From Muribaculaceae bacterium (GTDB lineage: Bacteria > Bacteroidota > Bacteroidia > Bacteroidales > G3-4614), in NCBI GenBank assembly GCA_017546805.1, contig JAFYRT010000067.1, positions 2,457-66,456 of the forward strand: DNA of 64,000 bases, written 5' to 3'. Under the pieces are notes generated by a model. That model did not search any database, had not been told where the DNA came from, and saw only the letters and a program-made list of their open reading frames with translations. Both the position numbers and the translations under genes were made by a program. Of the stretch, positions 38,558 to 46,718 are shown one piece after another (position 1 is the stretch's first letter; every line of letters begins with the position of its first letter).

Positions 38558-39394
38558 TTATTGGTTATGAAATTCAATCAATCCATCAATAGGAGAAGCT
38601 TCAATTTTATCTATTGTGATATCAAACTCTTTGGCTACCTCAATTAAAATCTCTTTGTAGTAAAATGCCACAGAACCAATGAATGCAACTTTTAAATTAG
38701 TGTAGTCATATTGCATAACATTGCGTTTGAAGAAATCTTTAAAGCAATTAAGAACTAAAGAATATACCCTTTCATCAGATAGGTGTTTTGAAATAAAAGG
38801 CGAGAGCGAAGCTAAAAATCTATTAGGGAAAGGCTTTTTATAAACCCTGTCAATAATCTCCTCATTTGATAGGTTGCACTCCGATAAGAAACTTCTTTTG
38901 AAATCTTCTCCAAATTGATTTTTAAGCAGACTGCCTATAAAATATTTGCCTATAACAGCACCGCTACCTTCATCTCCAAGAATAAATCCTAAAGGCGAGA
39001 CATTTTTTTCAATAATTTCTCCATTATAATAACAAGAGTTTGAACCTGTGCCAAGAATACACGCAATACCACTCTCTTTGTTAAACAATGCACGAGCAGC
39101 ACCTAAAAGGTCGGAATATACCTCTATTGATGTCTCTCTTCCAAAAACGTTTGAAATAGCGTATTTAACCGCATTACTCTTTTCTGGCGTACAACCTGCT
39201 CCATAAAAATATATGGCGGAGATTTTACTTTCTGAATCAATCTTTTCGAAAACCGATTTCACTTCAGATATAATATCATCTTCGTTCTCAAAATAGGGAT
39301 TAATGCCTTTTGAAATAATCCTCTCCGAGATAGTGCCGTTTTCAACAAAGCACCATTCGGTTTTGGTTGAGCCGCTATCTGCAATAACAATCAT
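38558..39394 (-). CDS. BadF/BadG/BcrA/BcrD-type ATPase (N-acetylglucosamine kinase-like)
   Basis: The ORF track gives 326 aa starting at 39538, but the first 48 codons are low-complexity and overlap the divergent trmH-family gene. The conserved N-terminus MIVIADSGSTKTEWCF starts at the ATG at 39392-39394. The motif ILGTGSNSC is present. Confidence 0.8.
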   Translation of the reverse strand: MIVIADSGSTKTEWCFVENGTISERIISKGINPYFENEDDIISEVKSVFEKIDSESKISAIYFYGAGCTPEKSNAVKYAISNVFGRETSIEVYSDLLGAARALFNKESGIACILGTGSNSCYYNGEIIEKNVSPLGFILGDEGSGAVIGKYFIGSLLKNQFGEDFKRSFLSECNLSNEEIIDRVYKKPFPNRFLASLSPFISKHLSDERVYSLVLNCFKDFFKRNVMQYDYTNLKVAFIGSVAFYYKEILIEVAKEFDITIDKIEASPIDGLIEFHNQ

Positions 39395-39444
39395 TGGGTA
39401 TCTATAAATATGATTATATAGCAAAATTATAAACAAAAAAGTAT

Positions 39445-39452
39445 TATCTTCG
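39445..39452 (+). promoter_or_regulatory. -7-like box TATCTTCG upstream of the TrmH-family gene
   Basis: A TAnnTTCG variant, 21 nt upstream of the ATG at 39473. Confidence 0.3.
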
Positions 39453-39472
39453 CATAAACAAATAAAAAAACA

Positions 39473-40228
39473 ATGTTGAGCAAAGCAAAAATAAAATTTA
39501 TACGTTCTTTGTCGCAAAAAAAAGAGCGATATGAACAAGGACTGTTTATAGCAGAAGGTAATAAGTTGGTAGCCGATACACTGACATCATTTAAATGCAG
39601 ATTGTTGGTAGCAACAGCCCAATGGCTTTCTCAACATACCACATCGCATTGTCAAGAGGTAATAGAGGCAACACCTGAAGAGATTGAAAAAGCATCACTG
39701 CTTCAATCTCCACAAGATGTAATTGCAGTATATGAAATGCCCGATAACGAAGTCACTCCTTCGTCATTGCAAGGTAAATTGGTATTGGCTTTGGATTGTG
39801 TTCAAGACCCGGGTAATTTAGGAACAATAGTTCGTATTGCCGATTGGTATGGAATTGACACAATACTTTGTAGCGATGGATGTGCCGATATTTACAACCC
39901 CAAAACCATACAGGCAACAATGGGAGCATTGGCAAGAGTAAAGATTGCGTATGTGAATCTTCCGGAGATATTAAAGAATATAAATAAACCCATCTACGGA
40001 ACATTCCTCGATGGGGATAATATCTATAATGCATCAATCACAAATGATGCAGTTATAGTTATGGGTAACGAAGGAAATGGAATCTCAAAAGAGATAGAGT
40101 CAATAGTAACTCATAAAATATTATTGCCACCATACCCCGCAAACAGCGAGACTGTAGAGTCGCTTAATGTTGCAGTAGCAACAGCCATAACTTGTGCGGA
40201 GTTTCGCAGGGCTTTAGTTGTTAGTTAG
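39473..40228 (+). CDS. TrmH/SpoU-family RNA 2'-O-methyltransferase
   Basis: 251 aa. The SpoU motifs are LDCVQDPGNLGTIVRIADWYG, VIVMGNEGNGIS and SLNVAVATAI. Confidence 0.85.
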   Translation: MLSKAKIKFIRSLSQKKERYEQGLFIAEGNKLVADTLTSFKCRLLVATAQWLSQHTTSHCQEVIEATPEEIEKASLLQSPQDVIAVYEMPDNEVTPSSLQGKLVLALDCVQDPGNLGTIVRIADWYGIDTILCSDGCADIYNPKTIQATMGALARVKIAYVNLPEILKNINKPIYGTFLDGDNIYNASITNDAVIVMGNEGNGISKEIESIVTHKILLPPYPANSETVESLNVAVATAITCAEFRRALVVS

Positions 40229-40245
40229 TTGTTAGTTGTTAGTTG
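40214..40245. repeat. Heptamer microsatellite (TTAGTTG)n spanning the stop codon of the TrmH-family gene
   Basis: The units are ttagttg ttag ttagttg ttagttg ttagttg. The last four codons (LVVS) and the TAG stop lie inside the repeat. Confidence 0.8.
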
Positions 40246-40269
40246 TCGGCTGATGACTCTCTATGTGTA

Positions 40270-40292
40270 TTCGAGAAGCGAATGCTTCTCAA
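40270..40292 (-). repeat. Conserved 23-nt hairpin element, copy 1 (minus strand TTGAGAAGCATTCGCTTCTCGAA). It contains the mazG stop codon.
   Basis: It forms a 9-bp stem with loop ATTC. It differs from the copy at 57281-57303 at four positions, and those four positions form two compensatory base-pair swaps. Confidence 0.6.
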
Positions 40293-41071
40293 CTTGTCTT
40301 TGCTTCATTCCAAAGAGAATCCATCTCTTCAAGGTTGGTCTCCTTGAAAGTTTTCCCCATTTCAGTTAGTTGTTTCTCAATATAATTAAAACGGCGAGTA
40401 AACTTTTGGTTTGTTCTCTCCAATGCATTTTCAGGATTAATTTTATATAGACGTCCTGCATTAATCAGCGAGAAGATAACATCACCAAATTCGGCTTCAA
40501 TTTTATCTGCATCACCGCACTCAATTTCTGTTTCAAATTCGCAAATCTCCTCTCTCACTTTCTTCCAAACATCTTCACGATTTTCCCAATCAAAACCTAC
40601 ATTTCGAGCCTTGTCTTGTATCCTATAAGCTTTAACTAAAGCGGGTAGGGCATTGGGTACACCTCCCAATACGGTTTTGTTTCCACCTTTCTCTTTTAGT
40701 TTAATCTCCTCCCAGCTCTTTTCAACTTGACCTGCACTATTTGCAACAGCCTCGCCAAAAACGTGAGGGTGGCGGAAAATCAGTTTGTCGCACAATGCAT
40801 CGCAAACGTCAGCAATATCAAAAGCCCCCTTCTCGCTACCTATCTTTGCATAAAATACAATATGTAGCAGGAGGTCTCCAAGCTCTTTTTTAATATTTAC
40901 GTCATCGTTGTTTATAATGGCTTCGCATAGTTCATATGTCTCCTCAATGGTATTGGCCCTTAAACTTTCATTTGTCTGTTTTCTGTCCCAAGGACACTTT
41001 TCGCGGAGTTCATCCATAACATCAAGCAGTCTGCCAAAAGCCTTTAACTGTTCTTCTCTTCTCTCTTTCAT
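40289..41071 (-). CDS. mazG: Nucleoside triphosphate pyrophosphohydrolase MazG
   Basis: It has tandem MazG domains (CPWDRKQTNESLRANTIEETYELCEAI ... EEICEFETEI...EFGDVIFSLIN). The track ORF starts at 41104. I prefer the internal ATG at 41071 (MKERREEQL), though either is possible. Confidence 0.87.
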   Translation of the reverse strand: MKERREEQLKAFGRLLDVMDELREKCPWDRKQTNESLRANTIEETYELCEAIINNDDVNIKKELGDLLLHIVFYAKIGSEKGAFDIADVCDALCDKLIFRHPHVFGEAVANSAGQVEKSWEEIKLKEKGGNKTVLGGVPNALPALVKAYRIQDKARNVGFDWENREDVWKKVREEICEFETEIECGDADKIEAEFGDVIFSLINAGRLYKINPENALERTNQKFTRRFNYIEKQLTEMGKTFKETNLEEMDSLWNEAKTS

Positions 41072-41145
41072 TGTGCGTTGATTAAAAATAGTTACATAGT
41101 GCAAAATTAGTAATTAAATTTGAAAGGGTTATGCCAAAAATGTAG

Positions 41146-41153
41146 TATCTTCG
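41146..41153 (+). promoter_or_regulatory. -7-like box TATCTTCG upstream of the DHH phosphoesterase gene
   Basis: It lies 9 nt upstream of the ATG at 41162, which implies a very short or absent leader. Confidence 0.3.
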
Positions 41154-41161
41154 CATTAACT

Positions 41162-42190
41162 ATGGATAATAACGAACTAATGTTAAGTAATATAATATCG
41201 GAGCAAGAACAACTACTATTGACAAAGGTAATAGAGAAGAGTAAGAATGTAGTTGTTGTGGCGCATACGGCACCTGATGGAGATGCCGTTGGTTCATCGT
41301 TGGCGTTGAGAGGAGTGTTAACGAAGATGGGTAAAAATGTAGAGGTGGTGATGCCTGATGCTTTACCCAAATCTATAATATTTTTACAAGGGGCTACAGA
41401 TATAAAAATATACAAGGATAACCAGGAGGAGTGTAACCAAATAATAGCAAATGCCGATACTCTTTTTTGCCTCGATTTTAATGAGCCAAAAAGAGTGGAT
41501 TTGATGCAAAATGCCATTGTAGAGGCAAAAGCCTATAAAGTGATGATTGATCATCATATCAATCCCTCTGATTTTTGCGATTTAATAATATCATATCCAC
41601 TCTTATCTTCAACATCACTCTTAGTATATAAAATAATTTCTCAATTGTCTTTGGATAAGATGGTTGGTAAACCCGAAGCCGAGGCAATATATACAGGAAT
41701 GATGACCGATACAGGTAACTTTTCATATAATTCAAACGATTCAGATATTTACATAGCAATATCGCAATTGTTACAACGAGGAATCGATAAAGACGAAATA
41801 TATAAGATAGTTTGTAACACATCAACAATAAACAAACTTAAACTTAACTCATACGCCATCTCTGAGAAGATGGAGATTCTTGAAGGTGGTGTCGCAATTA
41901 TAACATTGTCAAGAGGCGAGTTGAACCACTACTCATACCAAAAAGGAGACACAGAAGGATTGGTAAACCAACCTTTAGGAATTGAGGGTGTAAACATCTC
42001 TATATTTTATAGAGAAGAGAGTGGCTATGTAAAAGTTTCTTTGCGTTCTGTAGGAGAATATCCGGTAAACATAATTGCTTCTGAATTGTATAATGGAGGA
42101 GGTCATAAAAATGCGTCTGGAGGAGAGTTTTTCGGAACAATGTCCGACGCAGTAGAACTGTTCAAGAACAATTTGAAGAAGTATATATAA
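41162..42190 (+). CDS. DHH/DHHA1 phosphoesterase (NrnA-like oligoribonuclease / pAp phosphatase)
   Basis: It carries the motifs HTAPDGDAVGSSLAL, DHH (MIDHHINP) and GGGHKNASGG. The track ORF starts at 41120, but that N-terminal extension (MKGLCQKCSIFALT) looks non-homologous. Confidence 0.83.
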   Translation: MDNNELMLSNIISEQEQLLLTKVIEKSKNVVVVAHTAPDGDAVGSSLALRGVLTKMGKNVEVVMPDALPKSIIFLQGATDIKIYKDNQEECNQIIANADTLFCLDFNEPKRVDLMQNAIVEAKAYKVMIDHHINPSDFCDLIISYPLLSSTSLLVYKIISQLSLDKMVGKPEAEAIYTGMMTDTGNFSYNSNDSDIYIAISQLLQRGIDKDEIYKIVCNTSTINKLKLNSYAISEKMEILEGGVAIITLSRGELNHYSYQKGDTEGLVNQPLGIEGVNISIFYREESGYVKVSLRSVGEYPVNIIASELYNGGGHKNASGGEFFGTMSDAVELFKNNLKKYI

Positions 42191-42197
42191 AAAGAGA

Positions 42198-42830
42198 ATG
42201 ATGAAAAAAAATATCTTCAAAACAGTAATAGTGTTATTTGTTGCACTATTTGGAATATCGTTGATTGGGTGTAATAAAACAGCCACATATGCTGAATTAT
42301 TGGACAAAGAGAGAGAGTCTATAAGTAAATTCCTAAAATATGGAGGAATATATACTGCTGATATGCCCGGAGATGTGTCTCAAATATTGGAATCGGGAAA
42401 TCCCAATATAGTATCAAATCAAGTGCCATTTTATAAACTGCAAAACGATGTGGCTATGCAGGTCGTAAATAAAGGAAATGGCAGAAAAATCAAAGAGGGC
42501 GATAGAGTATATTTCCGTTTTTTGAGAGTAGACTTAAATGCATGGTCAGATGCTCCCTATCAAATTAATATGTTTGATTTAAATAATGGAGGCGTAGGTA
42601 ATTGGTACTATAAGGAGAATTACGATTTTTACTTTGATTACGTTGAGGATTACAGTGTTGTTACGTCGCAATACTATACATATGGTTTAGGAATAGAGTA
42701 TCCTCTTGCACATATTTATGACGGAGCAAGAGTATACCTTGTTGTACCATCAAAAGTGGGATTTTCGGAGAGCGTATCATCTGTAGTGCCATATCTCTAT
42801 TTAATAGAGTACAATATAACAAAGAATTAA
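42198..42830 (+). CDS. Hypothetical lipoprotein (possibly DUF4827-like)
   Basis: 210 aa with lipobox SLIGC. It sits between the nrnA-like gene and glmM. The family guess is from memory of Bacteroides synteny only. Confidence 0.45.
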   Translation: MMKKNIFKTVIVLFVALFGISLIGCNKTATYAELLDKERESISKFLKYGGIYTADMPGDVSQILESGNPNIVSNQVPFYKLQNDVAMQVVNKGNGRKIKEGDRVYFRFLRVDLNAWSDAPYQINMFDLNNGGVGNWYYKENYDFYFDYVEDYSVVTSQYYTYGLGIEYPLAHIYDGARVYLVVPSKVGFSESVSSVVPYLYLIEYNITKN

Positions 42831-42854
42831 TAATTTATATAAAAAAGAGAAATT

Positions 42855-44240
42855 ATGTCTTTAATTAAGTCTATTTCAGGAATTAGAGGAACAATTGGTG
42901 GAGAACCCGGTGATTGTTTAACTCCATTGGATGTAATAAAGTTTACATCAGCTTATGCAACATTCATAAGAAAAACAACAACAGTTACAACTAATAAAAT
43001 TGTTGTTGGTCGTGATGCTCGTATATCTGGCGATATGGTATATTCGTGTGTTGCAGGAGCATTAACAGGAATGGGATTTGATGTTGTAAATATAGGATTG
43101 GCAACAACTCCTACAACCGAGATGGCTGTTGTAATGGAGGAGGCATGTGGAGGTATTATTCTTACCGCAAGTCACAATCCAAAACAATGGAATGCCCTTA
43201 AACTTTTGAACGAAAAAGGAGAATTTTTGAATGCTGCAGAAGGAAAAGAGGTTTTGGATATTGCAGCTGCTGAAAAATTTGATTATGCCGATGTTGATTC
43301 ATTGGGAAAAGAGATAACAAACGATACATATACAAAACGTCATATTGAGGCAGTATTAGCACTTCCTCTTGTTGATGCGGAGGCTATCCGTAAGGCTGAT
43401 TTTAGCGTTGCAATAGATTGTGTAAATTCAGTTGGAGGTGTTGCAATACCCGAATTATTGGAGGCTCTTGGTGTAAATAAGATAGAGAAACTATTCTGTA
43501 CTCCTAACGGACAATTCCCTCATAATCCAGAGCCACTTCCTCAACACTTAACTGAAATATCTTCAGTTATGAAAAAAGGAGGAATGGATGTAGGTTTTGT
43601 GGTTGACCCAGATGTTGACCGTTTGGCAATTATTTGTGAAGACGGAGAGATGTTTGGCGAAGAGTATACGTTGGTTGCTTGTGCCGATTATGTATTGCAA
43701 AATACATTAGGAAACACCGTTTCAAATATGAGTTCATCACGCGCACTTCGCGATGTTACACAAGCAATGGGAGCAACTTATGCACCTGCTGCGGTAGGCG
43801 AGGTGAACGTTGTAACTAAGATGAAAGAGACAAATGCTATTATCGGTGGTGAGGGTAATGGAGGAGTAATCTATCCCGAATTACACTACGGTCGTGATGC
43901 TCTTGTGGGAGTGGCGTTGTTCTTAACTTACCTTGCAAAATGTGGTAAAAAAGTAAGTGAATTACGTGCTGGTTATCCTCAATATGCAATAGCTAAAAAA
44001 CGACTCGATTTAACACCTACAATGGATATTGATAAAATATTTGAGGCAGTAAAAGTTAAATATGCAGAGTTTGATGTAAACGATATTGATGGTATTAAAA
44101 TAGATTTCCCCGATCGTTGGGTACAACTTCGTAAATCAAATACAGAACCTATTGTCAGAATATATGCCGAGGCTCAAACAATGGAGGAGGCTGAGAAGAC
44201 AGCAGATGATATTATAGATGTTATAAAATCTTTCGATTAA
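42855..44240 (+). CDS. glmM: Phosphoglucosamine mutase
   Basis: 461 aa. It has the phosphoserine loop TASHNP, the metal loop DPDVDR and GEGNGG. Confidence 0.92.
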   Translation: MSLIKSISGIRGTIGGEPGDCLTPLDVIKFTSAYATFIRKTTTVTTNKIVVGRDARISGDMVYSCVAGALTGMGFDVVNIGLATTPTTEMAVVMEEACGGIILTASHNPKQWNALKLLNEKGEFLNAAEGKEVLDIAAAEKFDYADVDSLGKEITNDTYTKRHIEAVLALPLVDAEAIRKADFSVAIDCVNSVGGVAIPELLEALGVNKIEKLFCTPNGQFPHNPEPLPQHLTEISSVMKKGGMDVGFVVDPDVDRLAIICEDGEMFGEEYTLVACADYVLQNTLGNTVSNMSSSRALRDVTQAMGATYAPAAVGEVNVVTKMKETNAIIGGEGNGGVIYPELHYGRDALVGVALFLTYLAKCGKKVSELRAGYPQYAIAKKRLDLTPTMDIDKIFEAVKVKYAEFDVNDIDGIKIDFPDRWVQLRKSNTEPIVRIYAEAQTMEEAEKTADDIIDVIKSFD

Positions 44241-44253
44241 TATATAACTGCAT

Positions 44254-44297
44254 AAAAAGCTATAGGAGAGACGCTTAGTCTCTCCTATAGCTTTTTT
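44254..44297. terminator. Bidirectional intrinsic terminator
   Basis: A5-gctataggagagac-gctta-gtctctcctatagc-T6. It is a 14-bp perfect stem between convergent genes. Confidence 0.8.
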
Positions 44298-44320
44298 ATA
44301 AAGTTAATAACGTCTGTCGT

Positions 44321-44638
44321 CTATTTTGTCTCGTCCAATTCAATAAATGTAGCATCTTTTATATCGGTTGCACCATATTTAATATATGAAGAAGAGGCAA
44401 AGAATGATGAATATGATTCAGAATTATTGTAATCATCCTTCAGTTTTGCAATTTGTTCAGAGGAGTTGACTACATCTGTATTTACGATAAGTAGTATTCC
44501 ATCGCAGAGAATAATACCTTCACACTCGCGTGAAAAAGGCATCATACTCTCTATTTTGCGGTTTGAATCGATATATATAATATGATTTTTCAGCAGTTTG
44601 CCATTAAAGCAAACATCACCCATATAGCCTCTTATCAT
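44321..44638 (-). CDS. Hypothetical protein
   Basis: 105-aa ORF, 3 nt downstream of the preceding gene on the same strand. I recognise no motif. Confidence 0.4.
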   Translation of the reverse strand: MIRGYMGDVCFNGKLLKNHIIYIDSNRKIESMMPFSRECEGIILCDGILLIVNTDVVNSSEQIAKLKDDYNNSESYSSFFASSSYIKYGATDIKDATFIELDETK

Positions 44639-44641
44639 ATT

Positions 44642-45394
44642 CTACTTAGTGTGTATTCTTTCAAGAGAAATGCTGTCTATATGAGTAATTTTCCATTCAG
44701 GGATTGCAGGTACATAAAAGCTACCCATAACTCTTCTTATAGAACCATTACTCTTTAATTCTATTGAATCCCATCCGTTCATTACAACATTTTTCTTTGC
44801 AAATTTGGTTGAATCCTTACTCTCCTTAATGGCTAAAATAACTTGAGCAGGATACAGACTTTCATTGCGAGAAGTTATTTTGAATTTAAGTTTAAACATA
44901 TCCTCATCTTTGAAGTTGTCGTCATAAGGTACTGTAAATGTAAGTAGGTTATTATTGAGTTTTCCTTCAAAAATGTAGTGAGAGTTTCTGTTCCATATGT
45001 TAACTGTATCTCCCGAACGAGTCATTCCAATAAACATATCCTTTTGGTTGTTCATCAATGCCAAAAGTGAGTTGTTCTCCTCTTGTAGCTTTTGTATTAC
45101 TTTATCGTAAACTTCAATATACATTTCAAGGTTAGCGCCGTACCATACAACCGAAGTGTCAAATTCTGCAGACGTAACATTCTGTTTTGCAAATATGGAG
45201 TTCTTTACAGAGTCTTGAGCCATTTTATTATTGGCAAGATATTTATTGTTTTCCATGTATGCCTCTGCTTTGTGAATATCAATTAGCAGAAGTTCCATTG
45301 TCTTTGTATCTATGATATCTCCGGGAACGCGATTACATGCAAACAAAATAGTTGCTGCAGTTATAATCATCCCAATAATTAACCCTCTTTGCAT
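44642..45394 (-). CDS. Lipoprotein, DUF4296-like N-terminus
   Basis: 250 aa with lipobox LFAC. The sequence IIDTKTMELLLIDIHKAEAYME resembles DUF4296, which commonly follows lspA in Bacteroidota. Its ATG overlaps the lspA stop by 1 nt. Confidence 0.5.
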   Translation of the reverse strand: MQRGLIIGMIITAATILFACNRVPGDIIDTKTMELLLIDIHKAEAYMENNKYLANNKMAQDSVKNSIFAKQNVTSAEFDTSVVWYGANLEMYIEVYDKVIQKLQEENNSLLALMNNQKDMFIGMTRSGDTVNIWNRNSHYIFEGKLNNNLLTFTVPYDDNFKDEDMFKLKFKITSRNESLYPAQVILAIKESKDSTKFAKKNVVMNGWDSIELKSNGSIRRVMGSFYVPAIPEWKITHIDSISLERIHTK

Positions 45395-46032
45395 TACTCC
45401 TCTTTTTTAGAAAATTCAAAAGATAAAGATTCTCTATAGAAAATCAATAGAACCAATATTCCTATTGTAATTGCAGAATCAGCAATATTGAAAACCGGTT
45501 CAAAAAATTCAAAAAGGCTTCCTCCAACAACAGGAACCCAATCGGGCCAAACAAAGCTGAAGAGAGGGAAGTATAGCATATCCACAACTTTGCCATACAT
45601 TAGGTCTGCATAACCTCCTTCTGCGGGAAACAGCGTTGCTGTCATAGGATATGATGGAGAATTAAAAATTACCCCATAAAACAAGCAGTCTATAATATTT
45701 CCTATAGCTCCGGCAAAGATTAGAGAAAGGCAAACCAAGTATCCCTTTTTAAGATTGTTGTTCTTTTTAATGAGTTTGAAGATGTAATAACCAATAAGAA
45801 AAATGGCAACAATACGGAACAGAGTCAAAAATAATTTGCTACCCAATTCCAATCCAAAAGCCATACCGTTGTTTTCAACAAACAGAATTTTAAACCAAGA
45901 GAAGACGTCAATCTCTTCGCCTAAAAACATATTGGTCTTAACTAAAAATTTTGATATTTGGTCAATGATAAGCACTGCCGCAACAATTGACAAACTTAAC
46001 CAAGTATATTTTCGTTGTGTTTTATCTATCAT
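45394..46032 (-). CDS. lspA: Lipoprotein signal peptidase II
   Basis: 212 aa with four TM segments. It carries the motifs VENNGMAFG and FNIADSAITIG. Confidence 0.9.
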   Translation of the reverse strand: MIDKTQRKYTWLSLSIVAAVLIIDQISKFLVKTNMFLGEEIDVFSWFKILFVENNGMAFGLELGSKLFLTLFRIVAIFLIGYYIFKLIKKNNNLKKGYLVCLSLIFAGAIGNIIDCLFYGVIFNSPSYPMTATLFPAEGGYADLMYGKVVDMLYFPLFSFVWPDWVPVVGGSLFEFFEPVFNIADSAITIGILVLLIFYRESLSFEFSKKEE

Positions 46033-46043
46033 AATAGCACTTT

Positions 46044-46097
46044 AAAAAAAGAAGAGTATAACAATAGTATAGATTATTATCTTGTTATACACTTCTT
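46044..46097 (-). terminator. Hairpin plus U-run between the dksA-like gene and lspA (minus strand)
   Basis: The stem pairs 14 of 15 positions with a 17-nt loop. On the minus strand it is followed by T7. Confidence 0.45.
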
Positions 46098-46164
46098 TTA
46101 AATTATAAGTTTTAATTACAAAGGTTTTTCTTGTATATACAAGGGCTAACCACCTTTGATATTA

Positions 46165-46542
46165 TTATCTTCTGTTGTTTTTTGCATCTACAGACAAGGT
46201 TGCATGGGGAACCGCACGCAATCTCTCTTTAGGTATTAATTTGCCTGTTTCGCGACAAACACCATATGTCTTGTTCTCAATTCTTATAAGAGCAGCTTCA
46301 AGGTGTTGAATAAATTTCATTTGGCGTTGAGCCAATTGTCCTGCCTCTTCTTTGTTGAGAGTTGATGCTCCCTCTTCTAAAACTTTAAAAGTAGGAGATG
46401 TATCAGATGTATCGTTGCCGTCAGAGTTAACAATAGCCTCTTTTAAACTGTTGTAGTAATTACGTGCATCTTCAAGTTTTTCTTTAATCAGAACTTTGAA
46501 CTCCTCAAGTTCTTCGTCTGAATATCTAGTTTTTTCACTCAT
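46165..46542 (-). CDS. DksA/TraR-family protein with an incomplete Zn finger
   Basis: 125 aa. It has a coiled-coil N-terminus and a C-terminus YGVCRETGKLIPKERLRAVPHATLSV. I see only one Cys where a C4 finger is expected. Confidence 0.75.
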   Translation of the reverse strand: MSEKTRYSDEELEEFKVLIKEKLEDARNYYNSLKEAIVNSDGNDTSDTSPTFKVLEEGASTLNKEEAGQLAQRQMKFIQHLEAALIRIENKTYGVCRETGKLIPKERLRAVPHATLSVDAKNNRR

Positions 46543-46681
46543 AGTCTTAGTTGTTTAAAGATTAATACTTACTCAATAACGTAACAAAGCCAATAAGGTT
46601 TATTCATTGTCACTTTGTGGTTACTGCAAATATAAGTAATCAAACTTATATATGCAAGAAACAGAACATTTTATTGCAAAT

Positions 46682-46712
46682 AAAAGGGGGTTGTTTTTTC
46701 AACAACCCCTCT
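46682..46712 (-). terminator. Intrinsic terminator after ileS (minus strand)
   Basis: On the minus strand, gaggggttgtt-gaaaaa-acaaccccc is followed by TTTT. Confidence 0.6.
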
Positions 46713-46718
46713 CTGATA

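Noticed and set aside
39395-39538. 48-codon N-terminal extension of the BadF-type kinase ORF
   Set aside because: The extension is hydrophobic and low-complexity (FISLFFLRQRTYKFYFCF...) and would overlap the divergent TrmH-family gene and its promoter box. The family-typical N-terminus MIVIADSGSTK begins at 39394.
41107-41517. 136-aa minus-strand ORF
   Set aside because: It lies entirely antisense to the DHH phosphoesterase gene, whose DHH and DHHA1 motifs identify the real frame.
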